From Octopus bimaculoides (Eukaryota), in assembly GCF_001194135.2 (NCBI RefSeq), contig NC_068998.1:23916185-23980184 (forward strand): a stretch of 64,000 nt of DNA, written 5' to 3'. The notes under the pieces were generated by a model. The model saw only the letters and a program-made list of their open reading frames with translations. It had not been told where the DNA came from and did not search any database. Shown one piece after another: positions 28,015 to 41,820 of the stretch. The position numbers and the translations under genes were made by a program. The stretch's first letter is position 1. Every line of letters begins with the position of its first letter.

Positions 28015-29895
28015 TAATGGAGAAATAAGAAAGAGAAAGGAGAAAAGGGGTAGAAGAAAGAAATAGATAAAGAGGGATTAGTCAAAAGGAAAAGAAAAGG
28101 ATGGAAAATGGAGATTCATTGGGGCAGGCCAATACCTGGCATTTGAAGAGGTTGAAGGAGTGGAATTTTAAGAATGAGTAAACACAAGTGGAAGGTTGAA
28201 ACAGTGGTCCCACACATGCTCAAGAATGCCTACATGCATGTATACATTGTCATGGGAAGAAATATGAGCTGTCAGAAATGCACACTCGTACATACTTAAA
28301 GGTACATACAAATGTCCTATAGGTGGGTAAAGAGCATGAAGCATACAACACCACTGTATTGAGTTTATATTCATTTCTTTATAAGTTATATGCATTTATG
28401 CCATGGCCATTTTCTTTATCTTTTTCTTCCTTACATATAAAATTAAATCTAAGCCAGAAAAAAAATCTGAAATTGATTAAATTCTGTAAAGATGGTGCCC
28501 AGGCATTGCCATATTCCAATGATTTATGCTAGTAACAAAATAAATGCATATTAAATGTGAATAACTCTTTTATTCTTTTAGTGTTTGCTGTCACTGAATT
28601 ATGGTTATTCTCAAGTACCGGTTCAAAGGTTTTAACATCAATATTCAATACTTTGCCCAGTACTTATTTTATTGATCTCATAAAGATGAAGAGGAAAGCT
28701 TAAAGGGTTTTAACCAGCATACAAAGGGTTATAACAAAATGCCATATAGTATTTATATTTAAAGTTACATAAAATCCACTACACATAGGAAGTTATACAC
28801 AAAACACACACATGCATGTGCACACACACACACACACACATATTTCAGTTACAAGATTTTTCTTCCTTAAAATTATCAGCAAATGGATGGCTTGCAATAT
28901 TCGGACACAATTGTAAAATAAAGAGGTATTTTTTGTACAAAACATGCTTATATACATATTGAAGAAATCAAGAATGCTGCAATTATCCATCAAAATGTCT
29001 TAAACTAATATCAAGTTCCTCTATTCTATGCAGTCATTAAATAAGATTAATACTTAATCATTCCTTTTCTATCTGAAGACTTATCAAATTTCAGAACAAT
29101 TCTTTTTACAAATCAGATAAAATTTCTTACTGAATTATTTCAAATTATTTAGGATAGATTTTTTTATATTTTTCTATCAGCTTTTCATTTGGCCCTACAC
29201 TTAATATCAGTAAATTCTAAGAATGATAAATGAGGTTTTTTCATTGTCATAGCAACACAGTTTATTTCAGAAAAAATTATTTCAAATGCTAGACTTGAAC
29301 TCTTGTGTCATTGCATAAGGAAACATCATATTCAACCAGATTATCAGTATATTTCAGATAATAATGTCTGATGCTCTGATACTTATTGTCTAGTTCTTAA
29401 ATAAACAAAATTTGTACTTCTGTGTGCAACATAAATTATTGAATGAAAGACCTATTAGATCAGAGTTGCTGGAAGTTTATCTAGTAAAATGATCAGTTTG
29501 TCCAATAGAAATTTTCCTGCACATACTACCATAGACACTTGATTACAAAGTAACATAATGGAAACTGTTACTAGTGAAGCAGAGAGTAGATGTAAACATT
29601 TATATAAATAACACTACTGTGTATTCAGCACTATGTGAACATTCCTTATATTCTGGAATTTCTGTTCTGAATTAATTTACCCATATTCTATATATCATTA
29701 TTATTGTAATATCTGTATTCTCTGCTCATATATTTATACCTTATTTGTTCAGATTAAGCACTTACAGTTATGTTAAACTTTTTGTTGGTGAAAATTATTG
29801 AATCTTACATGCAGGTATGAAAACCATTATTCTATTATTTTGGTGTAGCATGCCATGGCCAATTGTATTAAGGATGGAGTATAGGTGATGGGTTA

Positions 29896-29936
<41 letters not shown>

Positions 29937-30471
29937 TGTTCATCATCCCAGGGAAATGAAAGAAAAAGTCCTCCATAACAGAATTTTGTAAACCCCATTC
30001 TCATATACCTGCTAAAATACTTACACATAGTATTTTATTTTACCTCCATTATTCCATTCTAGAGAGGACTAAATATAATATCCCCTCATGAGAAATACTG
30101 TAGCCTTTGATTATAGTCTCATTCAATTCCTATGAATATACCTTGAGATAACTGTATGAAGTCAGCAGAATTGTACATGGCATACAAGAATGTAATCCAA
30201 TGGTGTGTCTTTTAATCTGAAATGACAAGAACATGGAATTAAATATCTTGTAGTATTCAATTTTATCTTGTTATTTCATCAATTCCAGCTCTACTGATAT
30301 GTCTAATTTTCTACTTGACCAAGGAAACACTAGTTATAATTTGAGGTAATTTCAATCATTTATGTTCCGAACTTCACTAAATTCAATGATGACCTTTAAT
30401 GACCAATATTCAAGTTGATTGTTAAAGGTCAATGTTGAATTCAGTAGTGAATTCTTATTTAAATTTTTTAG

Positions 30472-30579
30472 ATCAGACATAAAGTTTATATCTCTGAACA
30501 AAACACTACTCAGAGCAGCAATGAATATGTCAAGGAAAACCTATTTAACCTGCAAGAAGATATGAATATTCCAACAGAA
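30472..30579 (+). CDS. Weak candidate internal exon
   Basis: ttttttag|...|gtaaag, phase 0/0, open frame IRHKVYISEQNTTQSSNEYVKENLFNLQEDMNIPTE. Could be chance. Confidence 0.25.
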
Positions 30580-31219
30580 GTAAAGAATTAATTTATGAAG
30601 TGTTATTATGGAAACCAGTACAAAGAAATAAATAGGTACGAGACCCTGTATTAATGTACATTGTTGTACTATGAGTATGTCACTCTCATCAGTTGTTAAC
30701 TTCTACAAGCTGCAATGGCAGGCAGGGATCAGTAGAAAGTCATTGTCAATGAAGTCTGATCAAGATTGATCTTAAGATGATTAAGATGAGCCAACCACCT
30801 TTGCATATAGAAGAATATTTTTTTTTATGTTCTAAAACAGTTTTGGTCCCATTTTTTAAACTTTAAGTGCTGAAAATAGCCCATGTTGCCATTGAGAAAA
30901 TATGAAAACAGAAGAAATATCTGAAAGTAGAATTGTTTCAATGGATGAAAAAGTTATGCAGACTTAGGTTATTTTACCAAGCAAGATCAGCATGTCACAA
31001 AAATGGTGCAGTACTATGAGATTATTCAAAAGGCAATATGGAAATGAAGGTATTATACAAATAGTATGTTTGTGAATAATTTTAATTATCTTCAGTCACA
31101 TGAATTTGTTTTGTTTTTGTTTTGTTATCATTGTGTTGCATGCCAATTCTCCTTGGTAGTGTTTTAGAGACAACAAGAAATAATTCATGTTTGAAATGGT
31201 GTTCTGATTTGTTCAGTAA

Positions 31220-31768
31220 GAATATAGCGACCAGTATGGTGAGGGCAATGTAGGAAGAGAATTAAAGTTTACAACTGACAATAGAGATTGCATTTTAGTC
31301 ATGTTAGAAAGATCAAAGAACCAAAATAGTAATTATCAAATAGAAAACAATCAATTGATTTCTACACAAACTAAATATAAATACATTTTCAGATCACTGG
31401 CTAGATCTCAGTGCTGTTGTTCAAAGAGAGTTGTATTGTGGGAACAAATGAAAATCATTGATAAAGATTTGAAAGACAATTGCTTGTACTACAGTTCAAT
31501 AATTAGAGATCAAAAAGTGAATAGGATGAGTTATTTTCAACTTCACAAATCGCCATTAAACTATTTCAAAGAACTACCAGAGAGATTTAACCTTAGTTAT
31601 TATGACAGGAAACAACACTCTGTTGAATGTCAGACTAAAGTGATATTTATTCCAATTTGGTTTTCTTTTTGTTTTTGTTATTTGTTTTGTCTTGTTTTTT
31701 TTGTTTTTTTCAAAATAGTGATTGGAAAACTGAAATGCTTGTGTCAATTGATGTACTGGAGAAATTAA
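31220..31768 (+). CDS. Probable host coding exon (likely about 31221-31639), unidentified
   Basis: 183 codons without a stop in very AT-rich DNA (frame open upstream of the tracked ATG to TAA at 31217). Possible donor AAA|gtgata at 31640, after which the sequence becomes T-rich. Confidence 0.5.
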   Translation, partial: EYSDQYGEGNVGRELKFTTDNRDCILVMLERSKNQNSNYQIENNQLISTQTKYKYIFRSLARSQCCCSKRVVLWEQMKIIDKDLKDNCLYYSSIIRDQKVNRMSYFQLHKSPLNYFKELPERFNLSYYDRKQHSVECQTKVIFIPIWFSFCFCYLFCLVFFVFFKIVIGKLKCLCQLMYWRN

Positions 31769-34153
31769 CATGAGCTACCATGGACTGACAAATTGACATG
31801 GAAAAATTTACTAAGAAAGATGTCTGCATGAAGGATTTACAGTTTAGCAAAGGCTAACTCATAGTAGTATATTTAGTATATGTTAGAATATTTGTTATCA
31901 CATCACCCAAAGTATATTTTCTCCCATTTAACCTCAAAATCCTTTCTGCCTTTTATGCAACATGCGAACTATTACATCTGCAAAATGATTAATATCATAT
32001 ATGTAGATAGAGCAAATTCTCTCATGATTTAAGGGAAATGAGATATGATTTTAAGGAATTCTATTTTTCTTCATAATGGAGCTTTTAACACTTTAATTCT
32101 TCTTTCTCTCTCTCATTCACTCTGTCTTTTGTCTCTCTGCCATAATAACTCAGGGAGACATGTTTTAATTGTGGAAGGATAAAATAAAGGATCTTCAGTC
32201 ATTAAAATTTTACTGCTTAATGAGTAATGAGAGACACTGTTTGGGGGAAGAGAATGGGATGGATTATCAAAGGCAACTGTTGAAGAGAGATGAAATAATG
32301 AGTGACACTTGAACTGGCATAGTCATGTATTGAAATGCTTGAAATGTGAGGTGACTAAACAGGATTTGTGTTGTTGCTGATGTGTGAGTTAGGGAAGTCA
32401 CACATGCCAGAGGTAGATTGATTTTCTATCATTCAAATAAATCATCTGAGAGGTTCATGCCCTTCTAGTGCAGAATCTATCATTTTAATTGAAGTCAAGG
32501 TCACAAAGATCACACCACCCTCCATAATAGCAATAAAATATTGAATTCTCCCTTCTATGCACACTGAATAATCTTTGGTGTTTGTTAAAATTTTTATGCC
32601 TTTTGATACTGACAAATAGCTTATTTTTTTATCATGTTCACATTCAGTTATTTGCCTGAAGACTATTCTTCCAGTGTTCAAGCTTCTTTCACAAATGTTT
32701 TATTGATTCTTCCATGAGAACAAAGTTTTCAGTCGTTTTCCACATATGACCCCAAGAACTAAAACAAAATATTCATAATATTAAGATGATAATTGAACAT
32801 TGGTGCATTAATGGTGTCATAACAGATAGTTATTCTCAAAATAGTATTAAGTATTCTATTCCAACAAGGATGAAAGTTAAAGATGGCACCATTACAACTA
32901 GTCACAGCAAATCATTGTACCAAATGCTTTACTAATTCTTCAAATTTACTACCATTTTTCTTTAAGTAATTTAATAAATACAGGCCAAATAGCATGCACC
33001 ACATCAACAAAACCAAAAATGCATGCTCTAAAAGTAGCATTCAGCCTTACAGATCAAGTGGTATATATAACACTTATAAAATTCTTGTATAATTCACTTA
33101 AATCAGATTACATCACCACAAATTTACCTGTTCTCATGTGCTCATTAGATAATATATTTTTTCTTTAAAATATTAAATGCAAAACTAATACAAAAAATGT
33201 TGATTTAAGACAATTTAATGCATAATGTTCAACACTGATTGGATAATATTGGTCTGTTGTATTTTTTGTTCAGATGAACTAAAAAATAATTATTTGATGG
33301 TTTCTTCTCATTATATTAGATGATAATTAATTACCAAGTTCAGCACTGCAGCAAACATGCCAAAATGAGCAACCATAATACTATTATAGTTAAATAATGG
33401 TGATGGTATTGTTGATAGGGTTAGCTTGAGGCGATTGATGGTTACTGCAGCCTAACAATGCCTCTCTTAATATGAATTGTATTTCATACAGAAATTTTAG
33501 TTGGAAAGAATTCTGGTATCAAACAAGATGAAAACTGTTACAGCAATAAACATGTTGCTCTTTATATTAGAAAAAGATAATGAATTGGATTCCGTAGTAA
33601 AATATTTTTCTGATATAGTATAATCTATGAATAACAAGTCAAAGAATTGCATTTACATTATTACAATCTTAGCTGTTGCTGTATTTTGTTCAGGTCAACC
33701 CGGATTGAATGGGTCCATGGTGAAAGGTATTTCAGATTTAGCTAATATATGTTTTCTCTTTTAAGGTTGCAAGGTAGGTGTGATTTGAAGGAAATTATAT
33801 TTTAAAATCTATGATGGTTTAACATCAGTGATAAAAAGTATGCGATTGTATCAATGATAGGGAAGCAGTAAACTAATATCAAAATTCAAACCTAATTTTG
33901 TGCTACAAAGATTTTGCTAAAAAGGCACTTTTTGTTTGAATAGACTCTAATACAAATACATTTACTTATAACCAAGTATTAAACATATTTTATTAAGGAA
34001 ATGGATGAGATGGAAAAGAATCACAAAAGATGCTACTTTATTATATCTACTTTGAGATTTCACTGAACCAGTTTCAAATCAAACTGAGGAGCATTCTGCT
34101 TTTCATTTCTCAATAGTTGGGGAAATGCATATCATTAATTACACCTTTGTTTA

Positions 34154-34372
34154 AGGTGGTAAGCTGGCAGAATCATAAGCATGCTATGCAAAATGCATAG
34201 CAGCATTTCATCTGTCTTTACATTCTGAGTTCAAATTCTGCCGAGATTGACTTTGCCATTCATCCTTTCGGGGTCTATGAAATAAGTACCAGTTGAGCAC
34301 TGGGGTCAGTGTAATCAACTTACACGTTCACCCAAACTCACTGGCCTTGTACCAAAATTTGAAACCAATTAT
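34154..34372 (+). mobile_element. SINE family B
   Basis: GGTGGTAAGCTGGCAGAA...GAGTTCAAATTC (B box)...TTTGCC.TTCATCCTTTC...AAGTACCAGTT; homologous to the copies below. Confidence 0.8.
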
Positions 34373-34724
34373 GACACCTTTGTGAAAACTTGCATCTCTT
34401 GTTATGATTTTTTCTCTTTCTTTTCATGCTTTTCCTCATCAATGATTTAATTGTATTCATTCTAACAACTATAATTTTGTCTACAAAACACACCATATGA
34501 AATGAAATCAGTTTTACAAACATGTGTTACAACAAAAGATAAGCTTCCTTTGAAATGAGATTGTTACTGTGTAGTCCCAGTTCTACATTTATCTGCACTT
34601 ATAATCAGTTTTCTTAAGTCTAATTATCTTACTTATGATAATGTAGTTATTGATATTGCATTTATGTTTTTCAAATTTGTCTGGATTATGTAGGACAGTG
34701 TTCTTGGAAGTTTGCGGAAATTGT

Positions 34725-34910
34725 AGCTGTTCAACTCCAGGTCAGCCTTGATTGATCTAATGTATGATCACAGTCATTCCAGCATTGTGTATCATGTGTT
34801 TTTGTATACCTAGGGCTACATTTTTCAATGTGCTCTCTTTGTGATAAATTGTCATTTGAGAAGAAATGTAGTTGCTATTTCTAGCAGGTTGAAGAACTAC
34901 ATAGATGATC
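34725..34910 (+). repeat. Old dispersed repeat family D
   Basis: AGGTCAGCCTTGAT...TGATCA...ATTCCAGC...TTTGAG...GCTATTTCTAGCAG. Related decayed copies at about 4165, 33690, 36205 and 59695. Confidence 0.55.
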
Positions 34911-35265
34911 CTTCAGAAGTATTCTGAATGTGAGTGTTTGGATATATAGACTCAGGCAATATGAAGGCTAGTATTTGGTACAACAATAAACTGCCTTTCA
35001 TATGTCAAGATGGTCTATCACTTTTAGTATTTAGAATTTGTTATCTAAAAGCTATTAGTGAAATAAATGCAGTTATCATTGCTGTTTATTGCCAAATTTA
35101 ATGAGAAATTAGAGACCCATTCTGGACAGATAGAAATCATGGTGGATCCAGTGTATTTTATGTACAATACTCACATTCAGTCTTCTTGCTGTCCTGACTA
35201 AGTTGTAATTTCTTGCTTGTGTTTTGTCTTCTAAATTTGTTATAATTATTTTCTTTTATGTACAG

Positions 35266-35439
35266 ACTGTAGTGGAAGGAGTAGAGTCTGTACATAAAAG
35301 AAAATATTGTCCCTCCAAGACTGTTGAGATTAAGGTCATTAATGCTTCTTGTGAACCACTGCAACTGAACACCTACATAAAAGACATGAGCTCAGAGGAA
35401 ATTCCAGAGCACCAATGTTCCGTGAAGGAAAACCTAAAT
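35266..35439 (+). CDS. Weak candidate internal exon
   Basis: Good acceptor tattttcttttatgtacag, open frame TVVEGVESVHKRKY...SVKENLN, donor aat|gtaatg, phase 0/0. Confidence 0.3.
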
Positions 35440-35786
35440 GTAATGCTTAGTGCAGGAAATGGGTGTGGGTACAGCATGGAAGGGGGTGAACTATGGGGGC
35501 TAGAAATGTTAGAGTTAAAATAACACAAGGCCAGGCCAAAGCTTTAATAGAATCAATAAAGGTAGAAAAAGATGACAGCCATTTGAGGGCCACAGTCTGC
35601 AGGGCTGTCTGAGAGTGAATTCACACCAATCAACCAGGTTTCCCTTATCTGGATGTGATCAAGGATGTTTATGTATGTTATGACAGCACTCTCCTTGATG
35701 CAGGACAGTATTGCTCTAACATATACATACTTTATTGTGGTGGTTTTCTATTTAACCTCTAGTATTTTTGTCATTTTGTGCATACA

Positions 35787-36194
35787 CTTTTACTCTTTTG
35801 CATGTTTCAATCATTTGACTGTGGCCATGCTGGAGCACCACCTTTAGTCAAGCAAATCAACCCCAGATCTTATTTTTTGTAAGCCTAGTACTTATTCTAT
35901 TGGTCACTTTTACTGAACCACTAAGTTATGGGGGTGTAAACACACCAGCATCAGTTGTCAAGCAATGTTAGGAGGGGACAAACAGACACACAAACACATA
36001 CACACACATACATTTACATATATATACATATACAACGGGCTTCTTGCACTTTCCATATAGAAAATCCACTCACAAGGTTTTGGTCAGCCCAAAGCTACAG
36101 TAGAAGACACTTGCCCTAGGTAACACATAGTAGGACTGAACCCAGGATCATGTGGTTGGTAAGCAAGCTACTCACCACACAGGCACTCCTATGC
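35787..36194 (-). mobile_element. SINE family A, full length, CpG-depleted
   Basis: Collinear reverse complement of 18194-18615. Confidence 0.88.
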
Positions 36195-37309
36195 TTATAT
36201 TTCCCTTTAGATCTAAGTCAACTCTGACCAAGCAAACTTATGAACAGTGTGATAATAGCAGTTACCATTATATCTTTGATTGAGACAGCCTGAACATTGC
36301 ATTCTCTGAAATATCCAGTTTTCATTGAAGCCTGTACATTAAATTTGAGGAAGATTTAGTTATTCTTTCTAGAAAGTTGGTGATAGATAAGATTATTTCT
36401 TGTGGTTGTTGAAACTATGAGATGTTTATGTGAAAGGTAGTGCATTTTTGTGAGTAATATGATGCTTGAATTAAAAAATCTGAATCTTTCTTGTGAGTTT
36501 AGGAGTGAAATAAGTAAGAGTTGTCCATCAGGTCACACTATACTATCAGAAAAATAGGGAAAAACACATTCGGTTACATGATTCTAGATATGCTATGACA
36601 AAATGAAAGATGCAATTTCCAGAGCAAGAATTTCTTTTATAAAAGATCTGCTTGTTTGGAGCTGACCTTGGGCTATGCAACAAGAATAACTCTGTTTATA
36701 GAACAGGTAAGAGAATGAATATCATCTTTCAAATTACTATGAAATAACAACCATTTTCCTTCAAGGTATATCCTAGCAGTTTCAAAATGGATGAATACTT
36801 TGGCAAGTGTAGTCCTAGATATATTATATTTGAAGCATTGACAGAATAGTTACTGCTGGAAAACCCTGTACAATGTCCGCTAGATTAGGTCTGGCTTGTG
36901 GCTAGGCAAGAGAAGAAATATTTTGATTGCTTTTATGGATTTAGAAAACAAGACTGCAAATGTGAGACATCAGCTATTTCCATGTACAATTTGAACAAAT
37001 CTAATATAAAGGCATTGTCAAGACAATAATTGACAACTTTTTCTATTCTATTCTAATTTAATGGAGAAAAACAAAATTAGTAACAGAAATTTTTTTACAC
37101 CTTTAAAGGTGTCTTCATTTTTTCCTAAATTCAATATTTTGATATGATGATTGCTAAATCTTAATCTAAAATATCAAAAAATTTTCAATCAATGATAAGC
37201 TACAGTGAAAGCTAAACATTTTTTTTTAATTATCGCTACAATTTTTTTTTTCTATTTTAGCACCAAATGAAATTTTCATGATATTGTATTAAAGAATTTA
37301 TGATTATTC

Positions 37310-37450
<141 letters not shown>

Positions 37451-37451
37451 T

Positions 37452-37590
37452 TTTTGGTTTGGCTCAGGTTTGGTCTTATTCCTGGTAGGATTTATGAGGG
37501 TAGCAGGTTACTATCTGTAACCTTAGGCATCCACAAGTTTTTGACAGTCTTTCAAGTGCTTAGAATGTTATATTATTATTATTGTTTTAA
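37452..37590 (-). mobile_element. Possible 3' tip/UTR of an R4/Dong element
   Basis: On the minus strand a short non-repetitive segment (cctaaggttacagatagtaacctgc) runs into (TAA)n. Assignment is by resemblance only. Confidence 0.35.
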
Positions 37591-37619
37591 GATGTTTTGG
37601 TAACAGTCTACTGCAACTG

Positions 37620-38961
37620 GCAGCAAAACGGGAGTATCCCCATTTTTGTGAGCCGAAGAGCAGTAACATTGCTATAGGAAGACCCAAACAAGGGGAATGT
37701 TATAGATAATTTCCTGCCCATCACTCTGCTGAATGCAGATTTGAAAATTTTGGCCAAGGTGCTAGCCAAGAGGTTGGTGCTTGTTATCAAGAAACTGGTT
37801 GACAATGAGCAAATATGCACAGTGCCAGGCAGAAGTTTTCGTGACAACTTCCACCTCATGAGCTACATCATAGACATGGTAGTTAAGGAACCTAGTATGG
37901 GTGGGGCTCTGATCAGTTTGGATCAATCAAAGGCTTTTGATTGGGTCGACCATTGATACTTGGTGGCTGTCCTTGGGGTGGATTGTTTTGGTCTAGTCTT
38001 CTGCAGTTGAATCACTGCTTTATACAGCAGCATCCGCTTGGTAGTTCAGATAAATGGTCATCTATCTAGACCATTTAACAGCACGTGTTCAGTCCGTCAA
38101 GGATGCCCTCTCTTGTCACTTCTGTATGTATTGGCTCAAGAGCCACTGCTGTGGAAGCTGGCAGCACTGAGGGGCACCCTATGAGAACTAGGATGTGAGA
38201 GGAGCATGTCTGCATATTTGGATGATGTCAACATTATAGTGGCAAGCCACAGGCATATTGACCTTGTCGGCGAGACACTAAAAGAATACGAATCGGTAAC
38301 AGAAGCAAAAATTAATCCGGAAAAGTTAGTGGGCTTGTGGCTCAGCACTTGGAGGAACAAGCCTATGCTGTGTAACAGCGTCTCTATCATGGGACAGACC
38401 TTCAAATGGAGAAGAACTGGAATGAGATAATGAGCGAGGTGGTCAGTCTCACCCAGTTATGGGCCGAGAGGAAGCTATCTCTAAAATGTCGGGCTCAAAG
38501 GTGAACGCGTACATTACATCGTTCAACTACTACCGTATGACCGTCGTGCCTTGTCCCGACCCTACCATCATGAAACTGGAACCCATACTCTTCTGCTTTT
38601 TGTGGAAGGAAAGCGTTCTGGTGGTTAGGCGATCCATTTGCTGTCAACACCTGCTAAATGGAGGACTGTGTATGCCATGGTTGCTGATACGTAAATATGT
38701 GCTGAGACAGTGACATCTCCAGTGTTTCATAGACGACATTGAAAAGGTGTGATCGCTGTTTTTGAGACTGCACTTTTCCGCAGCTGGTCTCATTGACCAA
38801 ACTCCAATCATGAGTCAAGCAAGGACTGAAGCTGGGTGAATGGCACCGCAAGTGTCGCCATGCTCTCGAGCAGCTTTGCCATCCGGGTTCAAACTTGTGT
38901 GATTTCAATTCCACCAAAGCATTCTATAGAGGATTATTGGAGGAGAGATACAACGACATTC
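37620..38961 (+). mobile_element. L1/Tx1-clade reverse transcriptase fragment
   Basis: PITLLNADLKILAKVLAKRL...Q...GR...N...LDQSKAFDWVDH...INGHLS...VRQGCPL...EPLL...SAYLDDV...INPEK; stops present. Confidence 0.92.
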
Positions 38962-39144
38962 TTTTCCTCATCATTGAATGTTTGATTCCATCACCTTCAA
39001 ATACCCTCAGGTATTTATAGCCTTCCACTAGTTCTAAATCCTTTATGACATTCTGCTGGTCAAGGTTTACGATGGATGTTTCTGTCATTTTTCCTTTGAT
39101 AAATGTAACTTTTGCACATTTATCAAACCCAAATTTCATCTTGA

Positions 39145-39145
<1 letters not shown>
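38962..39145 (-). mobile_element. R4/Dong RT fragment starting at a (TAA)n tract
   Basis: IKMKFGFDKCAKVTFIKGK...YKYL; tract at 39146-39212. Confidence 0.8.
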
Positions 39146-39210
<65 letters not shown>

Positions 39211-39308
39211 CATTCTGTGGTCTTATTTTTATCACATGCTTTCACTTCACTACTAAGTGAATTATTATTATTATTATTATCATTATTATTATTATTATTA
39301 TTATTATT

Positions 39309-39492
39309 TAGGTGTTGAGCTAGCTGAATCCTTAGCATGCTGGGTAAAAGGCTTAGAAGCATTTCGTCCATCTTTGTGTTGAGTTCAAATTTCACCAAGG
39401 CTAACTTTGCCTTTCGTCTTTCTGGAGTTGATTAAATTGATTTACCCCTCTTCTGAAATTGTTGGCCTTGTGCCAAAATTTTAAACCATTAT
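39309..39492 (+). mobile_element. SINE family B between (TTA)n arrays
   Basis: Homologous to 34154-34372. Confidence 0.7.
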
Positions 39493-39556
39493 TGTTTATT
39501 TTATCATTATCATCATCATCATCAGAATCATCATTATTATTATTATTATCATGATA

Positions 39557-39619
<63 letters not shown>

Positions 39620-39938
39620 GTTTATTATTATTATTATCATCAACATCACCATCATAAGTACTATGGAAATTCTGGTACATTTATTCAATGAAAAGAAACA
39701 CATTTATTTGTTGGAATATATAATAAATAATCTTCATAACAGACTAAGAAAACAATAACATTAGAGAGTCTTCTAATCACAGAACATATTGGAAGTAAAA
39801 CATTGAATATTTTTTTATTACATTATAGTATAGACACAGTTAAAATGACAAAACCTATTTCCAGGCACCACTGGACAAACAGTCAAGCAGGGTACTTAAA
39901 CATAATATACAGAGAATACAACCACACACACACAGGCA

Positions 39939-39976
<38 letters not shown>

Positions 39977-41044
39977 ACACACACACACATTACTATTTGG
40001 AGTTATGAAGACTTTGGTGCAAGTGAGAAATATTCACCATTTCCACTACCCAATTAAACAAACGGTATTATTGCTTTCTTCAACAATCAATTTAACATAT
40101 TAATGTATTGCTAAAGCAATGACAACTTTTTTCTGTTCTGTCTCAATTTAAAAGAGGAAAACAAACCCAGTGACTGAGAAAATAATACTACACCTTCAAA
40201 AGATTTTTTATTGATCTAGGGTCTTTTTCACATATGGCTGACAAACAAATTTTTCATCTAGGAAAGGTAGAGACTGAGACAGTTTTTATGTGCAAGACTA
40301 TCTGATTCCAATGTAAATCTCTCCTTTTGCATATACACATGATGCACAAAGCAATGATAGGGCTAATGCAGCTTGCTCAAGAGGAAAAATGAAGTTATCC
40401 TTGTTGTGTGACATGCCAGGACCAATATAACTCTTCCACACCAGACATCCCAATTGAGCAATGAGGATAAATGTCAACCCTAGGTGTTAGTCGCACTCTG
40501 TCTTTCTCTAGAAGAAATATCTCTCTGGAATAAATATCTCATCTGTGCATGCCATTACTACAGATGACAGCTGTAATTTGCTAACTGAACTAGTTGATAC
40601 TGACCCTTGAGTATCTGCTGTTTGTTCATCCACTCAGCATATAGAGATAGTCATCATAGACTCAATACGTTCATCTGCTGAAATAATTTACACTCACCAT
40701 ACAACTTTCTATGATATCTACATACCTTGGTTTGGGTGCTTCCCCGATATTTAACTCATAGCTGGCATCCTGAGAGGTGCTACATCTCTTGGTCAGACTA
40801 GACCTGGGAACAACAGTGGCTAAGAAGTAGTTCTCTGCCTCAAAACACTAGAACATTTAAACCAGGGACCCCCACCTAACCATCACAACTCAAAGAGCTT
40901 AAACAAATAGTGCAACACAGCACTCTAACGGTTCTACCAAATTGATGCAAAAGTGGAGAGAAAAATCAAAAGGGAAAAGTTGAAAATCATTCATTCTTTA
41001 GAAGTTTTTTATGAAATGGGGCATAGGGGAGTCAAGGATGTTCA

Positions 41045-41074
41045 TATGAGGGTGGGCTGAAAAGTTCATAGGCT
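41045..41074 (+). repeat. Solo mariner TIR
   Basis: tatgagggtgggctgaaaagttcata matches the TIR of the mariner at 52992-54221; no transposase follows. Confidence 0.75.
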
Positions 41075-41344
41075 ATAATATCCAACAGTCTCTATATTTT
41101 AAGTTTTGATTCTCTAGTTACCTTTCACATACATAATAATCTTCATAAGTCTGTAATACTTCTAGCCCTACTTATTTCCATGAATGAATGATTTTTAGAA
41201 TGTATAAATCTTGATATGTGATAAAGAAAATTTTAGAGTACAATAAGACGAATTAACATCACCTGCAACAATTAAAATTTTGTAATTATAGTGAAATGTG
41301 TATAACCAACAGGAACAAGCAATTTACAATCTTTTTTTTTTCAC

Positions 41345-41820
<476 letters not shown>

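Noticed and set aside
32442-32681. 79-aa minus-strand ORF as an exon
   Set aside because: All frames after the nearest acceptor contain stops.
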